A DNA stretch of 64,000 nucleotides from Eledone cirrhosa (Eukaryota). The notes beneath the pieces were generated by a model. The model was not told the origin of the DNA. It searched no databases and saw nothing but the letters and a program-made list of their open reading frames with translations. Location of the stretch: positions 255,130,001 to 255,194,000 of the forward strand of contig OZ024741.1 of assembly GCA_964016885.1 (NCBI GenBank), given 5' to 3'. Shown here piece by piece: positions 50,301-63,004 of the stretch (positions are counted from its first letter, which is position 1; every line of letters starts with the position of its first letter). Made by a program: the position numbers and the translations under genes.

Positions 50301-53300
50301 CTGTTTTCTGTGTCAGTGCCACTGTTGTTGTTGCTGTTTTCTGTGTCGGTGACAGTGTTGTTGTTGTTGCTGTTTTCTCTGTCAGTGCCAGTGTTGTTGT
50401 TGCTGTTATCTCTGTCAGTGCCAGTGTTGTTGTTGCTGTTTTCTGTGTCAGTGCCATTGTTATTGATGTTGTTACTGTTTTCTCTGTCAGTGCCAGTGTT
50501 GTTGTTGCTGTTGTTGCTGTTGCTGTTTTCTCTGTCAGTGCCAGTGTTGTTGTAGTTGTTGCTGTTTTCTCTGTCAGTGCCAGTGTTGTAGTTGTTGCTG
50601 TTTTCTGTGTCAGTGCCAGTGTTGTTGCTGTTGCTGTTTTCTCTGTCAGTGCCAGTGTTGTTGTAATTGTTGCTGTTTTCTGTGTCAGTGCCAGTGTTGT
50701 TGCTGTTGTTGCTGTTTTCTGTGTCAGTGCCAGTGTTGTTGTTGTTGCTGTTTTCTGTGTCAGTGCCAGTGTTGTTGTTGCTATTTTCACTGTCAGTGCC
50801 AGTGTTGTTGTAGTTGTTGCTGTTTTCTGTGTCAGTGCCAGTGTTGTTGTTGTTGCTGTTTCCTCTGTCAGTGCCAGTGTTGTTGTAGTTGTTGCTGTTT
50901 TCTCTGTCAGTGCCAGTGTTGTTGTAGTTGTTGCTGTTTTCTGTGTCAGTGCCAGTGTTGTTGTAGTTGTTGCTGTTTTCTCTGTCAGTGCCAGTGTTGT
51001 TGTTGTTGTTGCTGTTTTCTCTGTCAGTGCCAGTGTTGTAGTTGTTGCTGTTTTCTCTGTCAGTGCCAGTGTTGTTGTAGTTGTTGCTGTTTTCTGTGTC
51101 AGTGCCAGTGTTGTTGCTGTTGCTGTTTTCTCTGTCAGTGCCAGTGTTGTTGTAGTTGTTGCTGCTTTCTCTGTCAGTGCCAGTGTTGTTGTAGTTGTTG
51201 CTGTTTTCTGTGTCAGTGCCAGTGTTGTTGTTGTTGCTGTTTTCTCTGTCAATGCCAGTGTTGTTGTAGTTGTTGCTGTTTTCTGTGTCAGTGCCACTGT
51301 TGTTGTTGCTGTTTTCTGTGTCAGTGCCAGTGTTGTTGTTGTTGCAGTTTTCTCTGTCAGTGCCAGTGTTGTTGTTGCTGTTTTCTCTGTCAGTGCCAGT
51401 GTTGTTGTTGTTGCTGTTTTCTGTGTCAGTGCCATTGTTATTGCGGTTGTTGCTGTTTTCTGTGTCAGTGCCAGTGTTGTTGTTGCTGTTGTTGCTGTTT
51501 TCTGTGTCAGTGCCAGTGTTGTTGCTGTTGCTGTTTTCGCTGTCAGTGCCAGTGTTGTTGTAGTTGTTGCTGTTTTCTATGTCAGTGCCAGTGTTGTAGT
51601 TGTTGCTGTTTTCTGTGTCAGTGCCAGTGTTGTTGTTGTTGCTATTTTCACTGTCAGTGCCAGTGTTGTTGTTGTTGCTGTTTTCTGTGTCAGTGCCAGC
51701 GTTGTTGTTGTTGCTATTTTCACTGTCAGTGCCAGTGTTTTTGTTGTTGCTGTTTTCTCTGTCAGTGCCAGTGTTGTTGTAGTTGTTGCTGTTTTCTATG
51801 TCAGTGCCAGTGTTGTTGTAATTGTTGCTGTTTTCTGTGTCAGTGCCACTGCTGTTGCTGTTTTCTGTGTCAGTGCCAGTGTTGTTGCCGTTTTCTGTGT
51901 CAGTGCCATTGTTGTTGTTGTTGCTGTTTTCTGTGTCAGTGCCAGTGTTGTTGTTGCTATTTTCACTGTCAGTGCCAGTGTTGTTGTAGTTGTTGCTGTT
52001 TTCTGTGTCAGTGCCAGTGTTGTTGTAGCTGTTGCTGTTTTCTGTGTCAGTGCCAGTGTTGTTGTAGTTGTTGCTGTTTACTGTGTCAGTGCCAGTGTTG
52101 TTGTAGTTGTTGCTGTTTTCTCTGTCAGTGCCAGTGTTGTTGTAGTTGTTGCTGTTTTCTCTGTCAGTGCCAGTGTTGTTGTAGTTGTTGCTGTTTTTTG
52201 TGTCAGTTCCAGTGTTGTTGTAGTTGTTGCTGTTTTCTCTGTCAGTGCCAGTGTTGTTGTTGTTGTTGCTGTTTTCTCTGTCAGTGCCAGTGTTGTAGTT
52301 GTTGCTGTTTTCTCTGACAGTGCCAGTGTTGTTGTAGTTGTTGCTGTTTTCTGTGTCAGTGCCAGTGTTGATGTTGTTGCTGTTTTCTGTGTCAGTGCCA
52401 GTGTTGTTGTTGTTGCTATTTTCACTGTCAGTGCCAGTGTTGTTGCTGTTGCTGTTTTCTCTGTCAGTGCCAGTGATGTTGTAGTTGTTGCTGTTTTCTG
52501 TGTTAGTGCCAGTGTTGTTGTAGTTGTTGCTGTTTTCTGTGTCAGTGCCAGTGTTGTTGCTGTTGCTGTTTTCTCTGTCAGTGCCAGTGTTGTTGTAGTT
52601 GTTGCTGCTTTCTCTGTCAGTGCCAGTGTTGTTGTAGTTGTTTCTGTTTTCTGTGTCAGTGCCAGTGTTGTTGTTGTTGCTGTTTTCTCTGTCAGTGCCA
52701 GTGTTGTTGTAGTTGTTGCTGTTTTCTGTGTCAGTGCCACTGTTGTTGTTGCTGTTTTCTGTGTCTGTGCCAGTGTTGTTGTTGTTGCTGTTTTCTCTGT
52801 CAGTGCCAGTGTTGTTGTTGCTGTTTTCTCTGTCAGTGCCAGTGTTGTTGTTGTTGCTGTTTTCTGTGTCAGTGCCAGTGTTGTAGTTGTTGCTGTTTTC
52901 TGTGTCAGTGCCAGTGTTGTTGTAGTTGTTGCTGTTTTCTGTGTCAGTGCCAGTGTTTTTGTTGTTGCTGTTTTCTCTGTCAGTGCCAGTGTTGTTGTAG
53001 TTGTTGCTGTTTTCTCTGTAAGTGCCAGTGTTGTTGTAATTGTTGCTGTTTTCTGTGTCAGTGCCAGTGTTGTTGCTGTTGTTGCTGTTTTCTGTGTCAG
53101 TGCCAGTGTTGTTGTTGTTGCTGTTTTCTGTGTCAGTGCCAGTGTTGTTGTTGCTATTTTCACTGTCAGTGCCAGTGTTGTTGTAGTTGTTGCTGTTTTC
53201 TGTGTCAGTGCCAGTGTTGTTGTTGTTGCTGTTTTCTCTGTCAGTGCCAGTGTTGTTGTAGATGTTGCTGTTTTCTGTGTCAGTGCCAGTGTTGTTATAG

Positions 53301-56300
53301 TTGTTGCTGTTTACTGTGTCAGTGCCAGTGTTGTTGTAGTTGTTGCTGTTTTCTCTGTCAGTGCCAGTGTTGTTGTAGTTGTTGCTGTTTTCTGTGTCAG
53401 TGCCAGTGTTGTTGTTGTTGCTGTTTTCTCTGTCAGTGCCAGTGTTGTTGTAGTTGTTGCTGTTTTCTCTGTCAGTGCCAGTGTTTTTGTAGTTGTTGCT
53501 GTTTTTTGTGTCAGTGCCAGTGTTGCTGTAGTTGTTGCTGTTTTCTCTGTCAGTGCCAGTGTTGTTGTTGTTGTTGCTGTTTTCTCTGTCAGTGCCAGTG
53601 TTGTAGTTGTTGCTGTTTTCTCTGTCAGTGCCAGTGTTGTTGTAGTTGTTGCTGTTTTCTCTGTCAGTGCCAGTGTTGTTGTTGTTGCTGTTTTCTCTGT
53701 CAGTGCCAGTGTTGTTGTTGTTGTTATTTTCACTGTCAGTGCCAGTGTTGTTGCTGTTGCTGTTTTCTCTGTCAGTGCCAGTGATGTTGTAGTTGTTGCT
53801 GTTTTCTGTGTTAGTGCCAGTGTTGTTGTAGTTGTTGCTGTTTTCTGTGTCAGTGCCAGTGTTGTTGCTGTTGCTGTTTTCTCTGTCAGTGCCAGTGTTG
53901 TTGTAGTTGTTGCTGCTTTCTCTGTCAGTGCCAGTGTTGTTGTAGTTGTTGCTGTTTTCTGTGTCAGTGCCAGTGTTGTTGTTGTTGCTGTTTTCTCTGT
54001 CAGTGCCAGTGTTGTTGTAGTTGTTGCTGTTTTCTGTGTCAGTGCCACTGTTGTTGTTGCTGTTTTCTCTGTCAGTGCCAGTGTTGTTGTAGTTTTTGCT
54101 GTTTTCTGTGTCAGTGCCAGTGTTGTTGTGGCTGTTTTCTGTGTCAGTGCCAGTGTTGTTGTTGTTGCTGTTTTCTCTGTCAGTGCCAGTGTTGTTGCTG
54201 TTGCTATTTTCACTGTCAGTGCCAGTGTTGTTGTTGTTGCTGTTTTCTGTGTCAGTGCCAGTGTTGTTGTTGTTGCTGTTTTCTTTGTCAGTGCCAGTGT
54301 TGTTGTTGTTACTGTTACTGTTTTCTGTGTCAGTTCCAGTGTTGCTGTTGCTGTTTTCTGTGCCAGTGCCAGTGTTATTGTTGCTGTTGTTGCTGTTTTC
54401 TGTGTCAGTGCCACGGTTGTTGTTGCTGTTGTTGCTGTTTTCTGTGTCAGTGCCAGTGTTGTTGTTGCTGTTTTCTGTGTCAGTGCCAGTGTTGTTGTTG
54501 CTGTTGTTGCTGTTTTCCGTGCCAGTGTTGTTGTAGTTGTTGCTGTTTTCTCTGTCAGTGCCAGTGTTTTTGTTGCTGTTTTCTCTGTCAGTGCCAGTGT
54601 TGTTGTAGTTGTTGCTGTTTTCTCTGACAGTGCCAGTGTTGTTGTAGTTGTTGCTGTTTTCTGTGTCAGTGCCAGTGTTGTTGTAGTTGTTGCTGTTTTC
54701 TCTGTCAGTGCCACTGTTGTTGTTGTTGTTGCTGTTTTGTCTGTCAGTGCCAGTGTTGTAGTTGTTGCTGTTTTCTCTGTCAGTGACAGTGTTGTTGTCG
54801 TTGTTGCTGTTTTCTGTGTCAGTGCCAGTGTTGTTGTTGTTGCTGTTTTCTGTGTCAGTGCCAGTGTTGTTGTTGTTGCTATTTTCACTGTCAGTGCCAG
54901 TGTTGTTGCTGTTGTTGTTTTCTCTGTCAGTGCCAGTGATGTTGTAGTTGTTGCTGTTTTCTGTGTTAGTGCCAGTGTTGTTGTAGTTGTTGCTGTTTTC
55001 TGTGTCAGTGCCAGTGTTGTTGCTGTTGCTGTTTTCTCTGTCAGTGCCAGTGTTGTTGTAGTTGTTTCTGTTTTCTGTGTCAGTGCCAGTGTTGTTGTTG
55101 TTGCTGTTTTCTCTGTCAGTGCCAGTGTTGTTGTAGTTGTTGCTGTTTTCTGTGTCAGTGCCACTGTTGTTGTTGCTGTTTTCTGTGTCTGTGCCAGTGT
55201 TGTTGTTGTTGCTGTTTTCTCTGTCAGTGCCAGTGTTGTTGTAGTTGTTGCTGTTTTCTCTGTCAGTGCCAGTGTTGTTGTAGTTGTTGCTGTTTTCTGT
55301 GTCAGTGCCAGTGTTTTTGTTGTTGCTGTTTTCTCTGTCAGTGCCAGTGTTGTTGTAGTTGTTGCTGTTTTCTCTGTCAGTGCCAGTGTTGTTGTAATTG
55401 TTGCTGTTTTCTGTGTCAGTGCCAGTGTTGTTGCTGTTGTTGCTGTTTTCTGTGTCAGTGCCAGTGTTGTTGTTGTTGGTGTTTTCTCTGTCAGTGCCAG
55501 TGTTGTTGTAGTTGTTGCTGTTTTCTGTGTCAGTGCCAGTGTTGTTGCTGTTGCTGTTTTCTCTGTCAGTGCCAGTGTTGTTGTAGTTGTTGCTGTTTTC
55601 TGTGTCAGTGCCAGTGTTGTTGTTGTTGCTGTTTTCTCTGTCAGTGCCAGTGTTGTTGTAGTTGTTGCTGTTTTCTCTGTCAGTGCCAGTGTTGTTGTAG
55701 TTGTTGCTGTTTTCTGTGTCAGTGCCAGTGTTGTTGTTGTTGCTGTTTCCTCTGTCAGTGCCAGTGTTGTTGTAGTTGTTGCTGTTTTCTCTGTCAGTGC
55801 CAGTGTTGTTGTAGTTGTTGCTGTTTTCTGTGTCAGTGCCAGTGTTGTTGTAGTTGTTGCTGTTTTCTGTGTCAGTGCCAGTGTTGTTGCTGTTGTTGTT
55901 TTCTCTGTCAGTGCCAGTGTTGTTGTAGTTGTTGCTGCTTTCTCTGTCAGTGCCAGTGTTGTTGTAGTTGTTGCTGTTTTCTGTGTCAGTGCCAGTGTTG
56001 TTGTTGTTGCTGTTTTCTCTGTCAATGCCAGTGTTGTTGTAGTTGTTGCTGTTTTCTGTGTCAGTGCCACTGTTGTTGTTGCTGTTTTCTGTGTCAGTGC
56101 CAGTGTTGTTGTTGTTGCTATTTTCACTGTCAGTGCCAGTGTTGTTGCTGTTGCTGTTTTCTCTGTCAGTGCCAGTGATGTTGTAGTTGTTGCTGTTTTC
56201 TGTGTTAGTGCCAGTGTTGTTGTAGTTGTTGCTGTTTTCTGTGTCAGTGCCAGTGTTGTTGCTGTTGCTGTTTTCTCTGTCAGTGCCAGTGTTGTTGTAG

Positions 56301-59300
56301 TTGTTGCTGCTTTCTCTGTCAGTGCCAGTGTTGTTGTAGTTGTTTCTGTTTTCTGTGTCAGTGCCAGTGTTGTTGTTGTTGCTGTTTTCTCTGTCAGTGC
56401 CAGTGTTGTTGTAGTTGTTGCTGTTTTCTGTGTCAGTGCCACTGTTGTTGTTGCTGTTTTCTGTGTCTGTGCCAGTGTTGTTGTTGTTGCTGTTTTCTCT
56501 GTCAGTGCCAGTGTTGTTGTTGCTGTTTTCTCTGTCAGTGCCAGTGTTGTTGTTGTTGATGTTTTCTGTGTCAGTGCCAGTGTTGTAGTTGTTGCTGTTT
56601 TCTGTGTCAGTGCCAGTGTTGTTGTAGTTGTTGCTGTTTTCTGTGTCAGTGCCAGTGTTTTTGTTGTTGCTGTTTTCTCTGTCAGTGCCAGTGTTGTTGT
56701 AGTTGTTGCTGTTTTCTCTGTCAGTGCCAGTGTTGTTGTAATTGTTGCTGTTTTCTGTGTCAGTGCCAGTGTTGTAGCTGTTGTTGCTGTTTTCTGTGTC
56801 AGTGCCAGTGTTGTTATAGTTGTTGCTGTTTACTGTGTCAGTGCCAGTGTTGTTGTAGTTGTTGCTGTTTTCTCTGTCAGTGCCAGTGTTGTTGTAGTTG
56901 TTGCTGTTTTCTCTGTCAGTGCCAGTGTTGTTGTAGTTGTTGCTGTTTTCTGTGTCAGTGCCAGTGTTGTTGTTGCTGTTTTCTCTGTCAGTGCCAGTGT
57001 TGTTGTAGTTGTTGCTGTTTTCTATGTCAGTGCCAGTGTTGTTGTAGTTGTTGCTGTTTTTTGTGTCAGTGCCAGTGTTGTTGTAGTTGTTGCTGTTTTC
57101 TCTGTCAGTGCCAGTGTTGTTGTTGTTGTTGCTGTTTTCTCTGTCAGTGCCAGTGTTGTAGTTGTTGCTGTTTTCTCTGTCAGTGCCAGTGTTGTTGTAG
57201 TTGTTGCTGTTTTCTGTGTCAGTGCCAGTGTTGTTGTTGTTGCTGTTTTCTCTGTCAGTGCCAGTGTTGTTGTTGTTGTTATTTTCACTGTCAGTGCCAG
57301 TGTTGTTGCTGTTGCTGTTTTCTCTGTCAGTGCCAGTGATGTTGTAGTTGTTGGTGTTTTCTGTGTTAGTGCCAGTGTTGTTGTAGTTGTTGCTGTTTTC
57401 TGTGTCAGTGCCAGTGTTGTTGCTGTTGCTGTTTTCACTGTCAGTGCCAGTGTTGTTGTAGTTGTTGCTGCTTTCTCTGTCAGTGCCAGTGTTGTTGTAG
57501 TTGTTGCTGTTTTCTGTGTCAGTGCCAGTGTTGTTGTTGTTGCTGTTTTCTCTGTCAGTGCCAGTGTTGTTGTAGTTGTTGCTGTTTTCTGTGTCAGTGC
57601 CACTGTTGTTGTTGCTGTTTTCTCTGTCAGTGCTAGTGTTGTTGTAGTTTTTGCTGTTTTCTGTGTCAGTGCCAGTGTTGTTGTGGCTGTTTTCTGTGTC
57701 AGTGCCAGTGTTGTTGTTGTTGCTGTTTTCTCTGTCAGTGCCAGTGTTGTTGCTGTTGCTATTTTCTCTGTCAGTGCCAGTGTTGTTGTTGTTGCTGTTT
57801 TCTGTGTCAGTGCCAGTGTTGTTGTTGTTGCTGTTTTCTTTGTCAGTGCCAGTGTTGTTGTTGTTACTGTTGCTATTTTCTGTGTCAGTTCCAGTGTTGC
57901 TGTTGCTGTTTTCTGTGCCAGTGCCAGTGTTATTGTTGCTGTTGTTGCTGTTTTCTGTGTCAGTGCCACGGTTGTTGTTGCTGTTGTTGCTGTTTTCTGT
58001 GTCAGTGCCAGTGTATTTGTTGCTGTTTTCTGTGTCAGTGCCAGTGTTGTTGTTGCTGTTGTTGCTGTTTTCCGTGCCAGTGTTGATGTAGTTGTTGCTG
58101 TTTTCTGTGTCAGTGCCGGTGTTGTTGTTGTTGCTGTTTTCTCTGTCAGTGCCAGTGTTGTTGTTGTTGCTGTTTTCTCTGTCAGTGCCAGTGTTGTTGT
58201 TGTTGCTGTTTTCTGTGTCAATGCCAGTGTTGTTGTAGTAGTTGCTGTTTTCTGTGTCAGTGCCAGTGTTGTTGTAGTTGTTGCTGTTTTCTGTGTCAGT
58301 GCCAGTGTTGTTGTAGTTGTTGCTGTTTTCTCTGTCAGTGCCAGTGTTGTTGTAGTTGTTGCTGTTTTCTCTGTCAGTGCCAGTGTTGTTGTAGTTGTTG
58401 CTGTTTTTCTGTGTCAATGCCAGTGTTGTTGTTGTTGCTGTTTTCTCTGTCAGTGCCAGTGTTGTAGTTGTTGCTGTTTTCTCTGTCAGTGCCAGTGTTG
58501 TTGTAGTTGTTGCTGTTTTCTGTGTCAGTACCAGTGTTGTTGCTGTTGTTGCTGTTTTCTGTGTCAGTGCCGGTGTTGTTGTTGTTGCTGTTTTCTCTGT
58601 CAGTGCCAGTGTTGTTGTTGTTGCTGTTTTCTCTGTCAGTGCCAGTGTTTTTGTTGTTGCTGTTTTCTGTGTCAGTGCCAGTATTGTTCTAGTTGTTGCT
58701 GTTTTCTGTGTCAGTGCCAGTGTTGTTGTAGTTGTTGCTGTTTTCTCTGTCAGTGCCAGTGTTGTTGTAGTTGTTGCTGTTTTCTCTGTCAGTGCCAGTG
58801 TTGTTGTAGTTGTTGCTGTTTTCTGTGTCAGTGCCAGTGTTGTTGTTGTTGCTGTTTTCTCTGTCAGTGCCAGTGTTGTTGTAGTTATTGCTGTTTTCTG
58901 TGTCAGTGCCACTGTTGTTGTTGCTGTTTTCTGTGTCAGTGCCAGTGTTGTTGGTGTTGCTGTTTTCTCTGTCAGTGCCAGTGTTGTTGTTGCTGTTTTC
59001 TCTGTCAGTGCCAGTGTTGTTGTTGCTGTTTTCTGTGTCAGTGCCATTGTTATTGCTGTTGTTGCTGTTTTCTCTGTCAGTGCCAGTGTTGTTGTAGTTG
59101 TTGCTGTTTTCTCTGTCAGTGCCAGTGTTGTTGTTGCTGTTTTCTGTGTCAGTGCCATTGTTATTGCTGTTGTTGCTGTTTTCTCTGTCAGTGCCAGTGT
59201 TGTTGTAGTTGTTGCTGTTTTCTCTGTCAGTGCCAGTGTTGTTGTAATTGTTGCTGTTTTCTGTGTCAGTGCCACTGTTGTTGCTGTTGTTGCTGTTTTC

Positions 59301-62300
59301 TGTGTCAGTGCCAGTGTTATTGCTGTTGTTGCTGTTTTCTGTGTCAGTGCCAGTGTTGTTGTTGTTGCTGTTTTCTGTGTCAGTGCCAGTGTTGTTGTTG
59401 CTATTTTCACTGTCAGTGCCAGTGTTGTTGTAGTTGTTGCTGTTTTCTGTGTCAGTGCCAGTGTTGTTGTTGTTGCTGTTTTCTCTGTCAGTGCCAGTGT
59501 TGTTATAGCTGTTGCTGTTTTCTGTGTCAGTCCCAGTGTTGTTGTAGTTGTTGCTGTTTTCTCTGTCAGTGCCAGTGTTGTTGTAGTTGTTGCTGTTTTC
59601 TCTGTCAGTGCCAGTGTTGTTGTAGTTGTTGCTGTTTTCTCTGTCAGTGCCAGCGTTGTTGTAGTTGTTGCTGTTTTCTGTGTCAGTGCCAGTGTTGTTG
59701 TTGTTGCTGTTTTCTGTGTCAGTGCCAGTGTTGTTGTTGCTATTTTCACTGTCAGTGCCAGTGTTGTTGTAGTTGTTGCTGTTTTCTGTGTCAGTGCCAG
59801 TGTTGTTGTTGTTGCTGTTTTCTCTGTCAGTGCCAGTGTTGTTGTAGCTGTTGCTGTTTTCTGTGTCAGTCCCAGTGTTGTTGTAGTTGTTGCTGTTTTC
59901 TCTGTCAGTGCCAGTGTTGTTGTAGTTGTTGCTGTTTTCTCTGTCAGTGCCAGTGTTGTTGTAGTTGTTGCTGTTTTCTCTGTCAGTGCCAGCGTTGTTG
60001 TAGTTGTTGCTGTTTTCTGTGTCAGTGCCAGTGTTGTTGTTGTTGCTGTTTTCTCTGTCAGTGCCAGTGTTGTTGTAGTTTTTGCTGTTTTATCTGTCAG
60101 TGCCAGTGTTGTTGTAGTTGTTGCTGTTTTTTGTGTCAGTGCCAGTGTTGTTGTAGTTGTTGCTGTTTTCTCTGTCAGTGCCAGTGTTGTTGTTGTTGTT
60201 GCTGTTTTCTCTGTCAGTGCCAGTGTTGTAGTTGTTGCTGTTTTCTCTGTCAGTGCCAGTGTTGTTGTAGTTGTTGCTGTTTTCTGTGTCAGTGCCAGTG
60301 TTGTTGTTGTTGCTGTTTTCTGTGTCAGTGCCAGTGTTGTTGTTGTTGCTATTTTCACTGTCAGTGCCAGTGTTGTTGCTGTTGCTGTTTTCTCTGTCAG
60401 TGCCAGTGATGTTGTAATTGTTGCTGTTTTCTGTGTTAGTGCCAGTGTTGTTGTAGTTGTTGCTGTTTTCTGTGTCAGTGCCAGTGTTGTTGCTGTTGCT
60501 GTTTTCTCTGTCAGTGCCAGTGTTGTTGTAGTTGTTGCTGCTTTCTCTTTCAGTGCCAGTGTTGTTGTAGTTGTTTCTGTTTTCTGTGTCAGTGCCAGTG
60601 TTGTTGTTGTTGCTGTTTTCTCTGTCAGTGCCAGTGTTGTTGTAGTTGTTGCTGTTTTCTGTGTCAGTGCCACTGTTGTTGTTGCTGTTTTCTCTGTCAG
60701 TGCCAGTGTTGTTGTAGTTTTTGCTGTTTTCTGTGTCAGTGCCAGTGTTGTTGTTGTTGCTGTTTTCTCTGTCAGTGCCAGTGTTGTTGTTGTTGCTGTT
60801 TTCTGTGTCAGTGCCAGTGTTGTTGTAGTTGTTGCTGTTTTCTGTGTCAGTGCCAGTGTTGTTGTAGTTGTTACTGTTTTCTCTGTCAGTGCCAGTGTTG
60901 TTGTAGTTGTTGCTGTTTTCTCTGTCAGTGCCATTGTTGTTGTAGTTGTTGCTGTTTTCTGTGTCAGTGTCAGTGTTTTTGTTGTTGCTGTTTTCTCTGT
61001 CAGTGCCAGTGTTGTTGTTGTTGCTGTTTTCTGTGTCAGTGCCAGTGTTGTTGTTGCTATTTTCACTGTCAGTGCCAGTGTTGTTGTAGTTGTTGCTGTT
61101 TTCTGTGTCAGTGCCAGTGTTTTTGTTGTTGCTGTTTTCTCTGTCAGTGCCAGTGTTGTTGTAGTTGTTGCTGTTTTCTCTGTCAGTGCCAGTGTTGTTG
61201 TAATTGTTGCTGTTTTCTGTGTCAGTGCCAGTGTTGTTGCTGTTGTTGCTGTTTTCTGTGTCAGTGCCAGTGTTGTTGTTGTTGGTGTTTTCTCTGTCAG
61301 TGCCAGTGTTGTTGTAGTTGTTGCTGTTTTCTGTGTCAGTGCCAGTGTTGTTGCTGTTGCTGTTTTCTCTGTCAGTGCCAGTGTTGTTGTAGTTGTTGCT
61401 GTTTTCTGTGTCAGTGCCAGTGTTGTTGTTGTTGCTGTTTTCTCTGTCAGTGCCAGTGTTGTTGTAGTTGTTGCTGTTTTCTGTGTCAGTGCCAGTGTTG
61501 TTGTAGTTGTTGCTGTTTTCTCTGTCAGTGCCAGTGTTGTTGTTGTTGTTGCTGTTTTCTCTGTCAGTGCCAGTGTTGTAGTTGTTGCTGTTTTCTCTGT
61601 CAGTGCCAGTGTTGTTGTAGTTGTTGCTGTTTTCTGTGTCAGTGCCAGTGTTGTTGCTGTTGTTGTTTTCTCTGTCAGTGCCAGTGTTGTTGTAGTTGTT
61701 GCTGCTTTCTCTGTCAGTGCCAGTGTTGTTGTAGTTGTTGCTGTTTTCTGTGTCAGTGCCAGTGTTGTTGTTGTTGCTGTTTTCTCTGTCAATGCCAGTG
61801 TTGTTGTAGTTGTTGCTGTTTTCTGTGTCAGTGCCAGTGTTGTTGTTGTTGCAGTTTTCTCTGTCAGTGCAAGTGTTGTTGTTGCTGTTTTCTCTGTCAG
61901 TGCCAGTGTTGTTGTTGTTGCTGTTTTCTGTGTCAGTGCCATTGTTATTGCGGTTGTTGCTGTTTTCTGTGTCAGTGCCAGTGTTGTTGTTGCTGTTGTT
62001 GCTGTTTTCTGTGTCAGTACCAGTGTTGTTGCTGTTGCTGTTTTCGCTGTCAGTGCCAGTGTTGTTGTAGTTGTTGCTGTTTTCTCTGTCAGTGCCAGTG
62101 TTGTAGTTGTTGCTGTTTTCTGTGTCAGTGCCAGTGTTGTTGTTGTTGCTATTTTCACTGTCAGTGCCAGTGTTGTTATTGTTGCTGTTTTCTGTGTCAG
62201 TGCCAGTGTTGTTGTTGTTGCTGTTTTCTGTGTCAGTGCCAGTGTTGTTGTTGTTGCTATTTTCACTGTCAGTGCCAGTGTTGTTGCTGTTGCTGTTTTC

Positions 62301-63004
62301 TCTGTCAGTGCCAGTGATGTTGTAGTTGTTGCTGTTTTCTGTGTTAGTGCCAGTGTTGTTGTAGTTGTTGCTGTTTTCTGTGTCAGTGCCAGTGTTGTTG
62401 CTGTTGCTGTTTTCTCTGTCAGTGCCAGTGTTGTTGTAGTTGTTGCTGCTTTCTCTGTCAGTGCCAGTGTTGTTGTAGTTGTTTCTGTTTTCTGTGTCAG
62501 TGCCAGTGTTGTTGTTGTTGCTGTTTTCTCTGTCAGTGCCAGTGTTGTTGTAGTTGTTGCTGTTTTCTGTGTCAGTGCCACTGTTGTTGTTGCTGTTTTC
62601 TGTGTCTGTGCCAGTGTTGTTGTTGTTGCTGTTTTCTCTGTCAGTGCCAGTGTTGTTGTTGCTGTTTTCTCTGTCAGTGCCAGTGTTGTTGTTGTTGCTG
62701 TTTTCTGTGTCAGTGCCAGTGTTGTAGTTGTTGCTGTTTTCTGTGTCAGTGCCAGTGTTGTTGTAGTTGTTGCTGTTTTCTGTGTCAGTGCCAGTGTTTT
62801 TGTTGTTGCTGTTTTCTCTGTCAGTGCCAGTGTTGTTGTAGTTGTTGCTGTTTTCTCTGTCAGTGCCAGTGTTGTTGTAATTGTTGCTGTTTTCTGTGTC
62901 AGTGCCAGTGTTGTAGCTGTTGTTGCTGTTTTCTGTGTCAGTGCCAGTGTTGTTGTTGTTGCTGTTTTCTGTGTCAGTGCCAGTGTTGTTGTTGCTATTT
63001 TCAC
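43193..63004 (-). other. 19.8-kb open frame (6,603 aa; Thr-rich / Asn-rich / Thr-rich repeat), probably a by-product of the satellite rather than a gene
   Basis: Present in the ORF track. It starts at a repeat-internal GTG and switches repeat register at frameshifts ~58407 and ~46930. No signal peptide or non-repeat domain. Confidence refers to it being translated. Confidence 0.1.
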
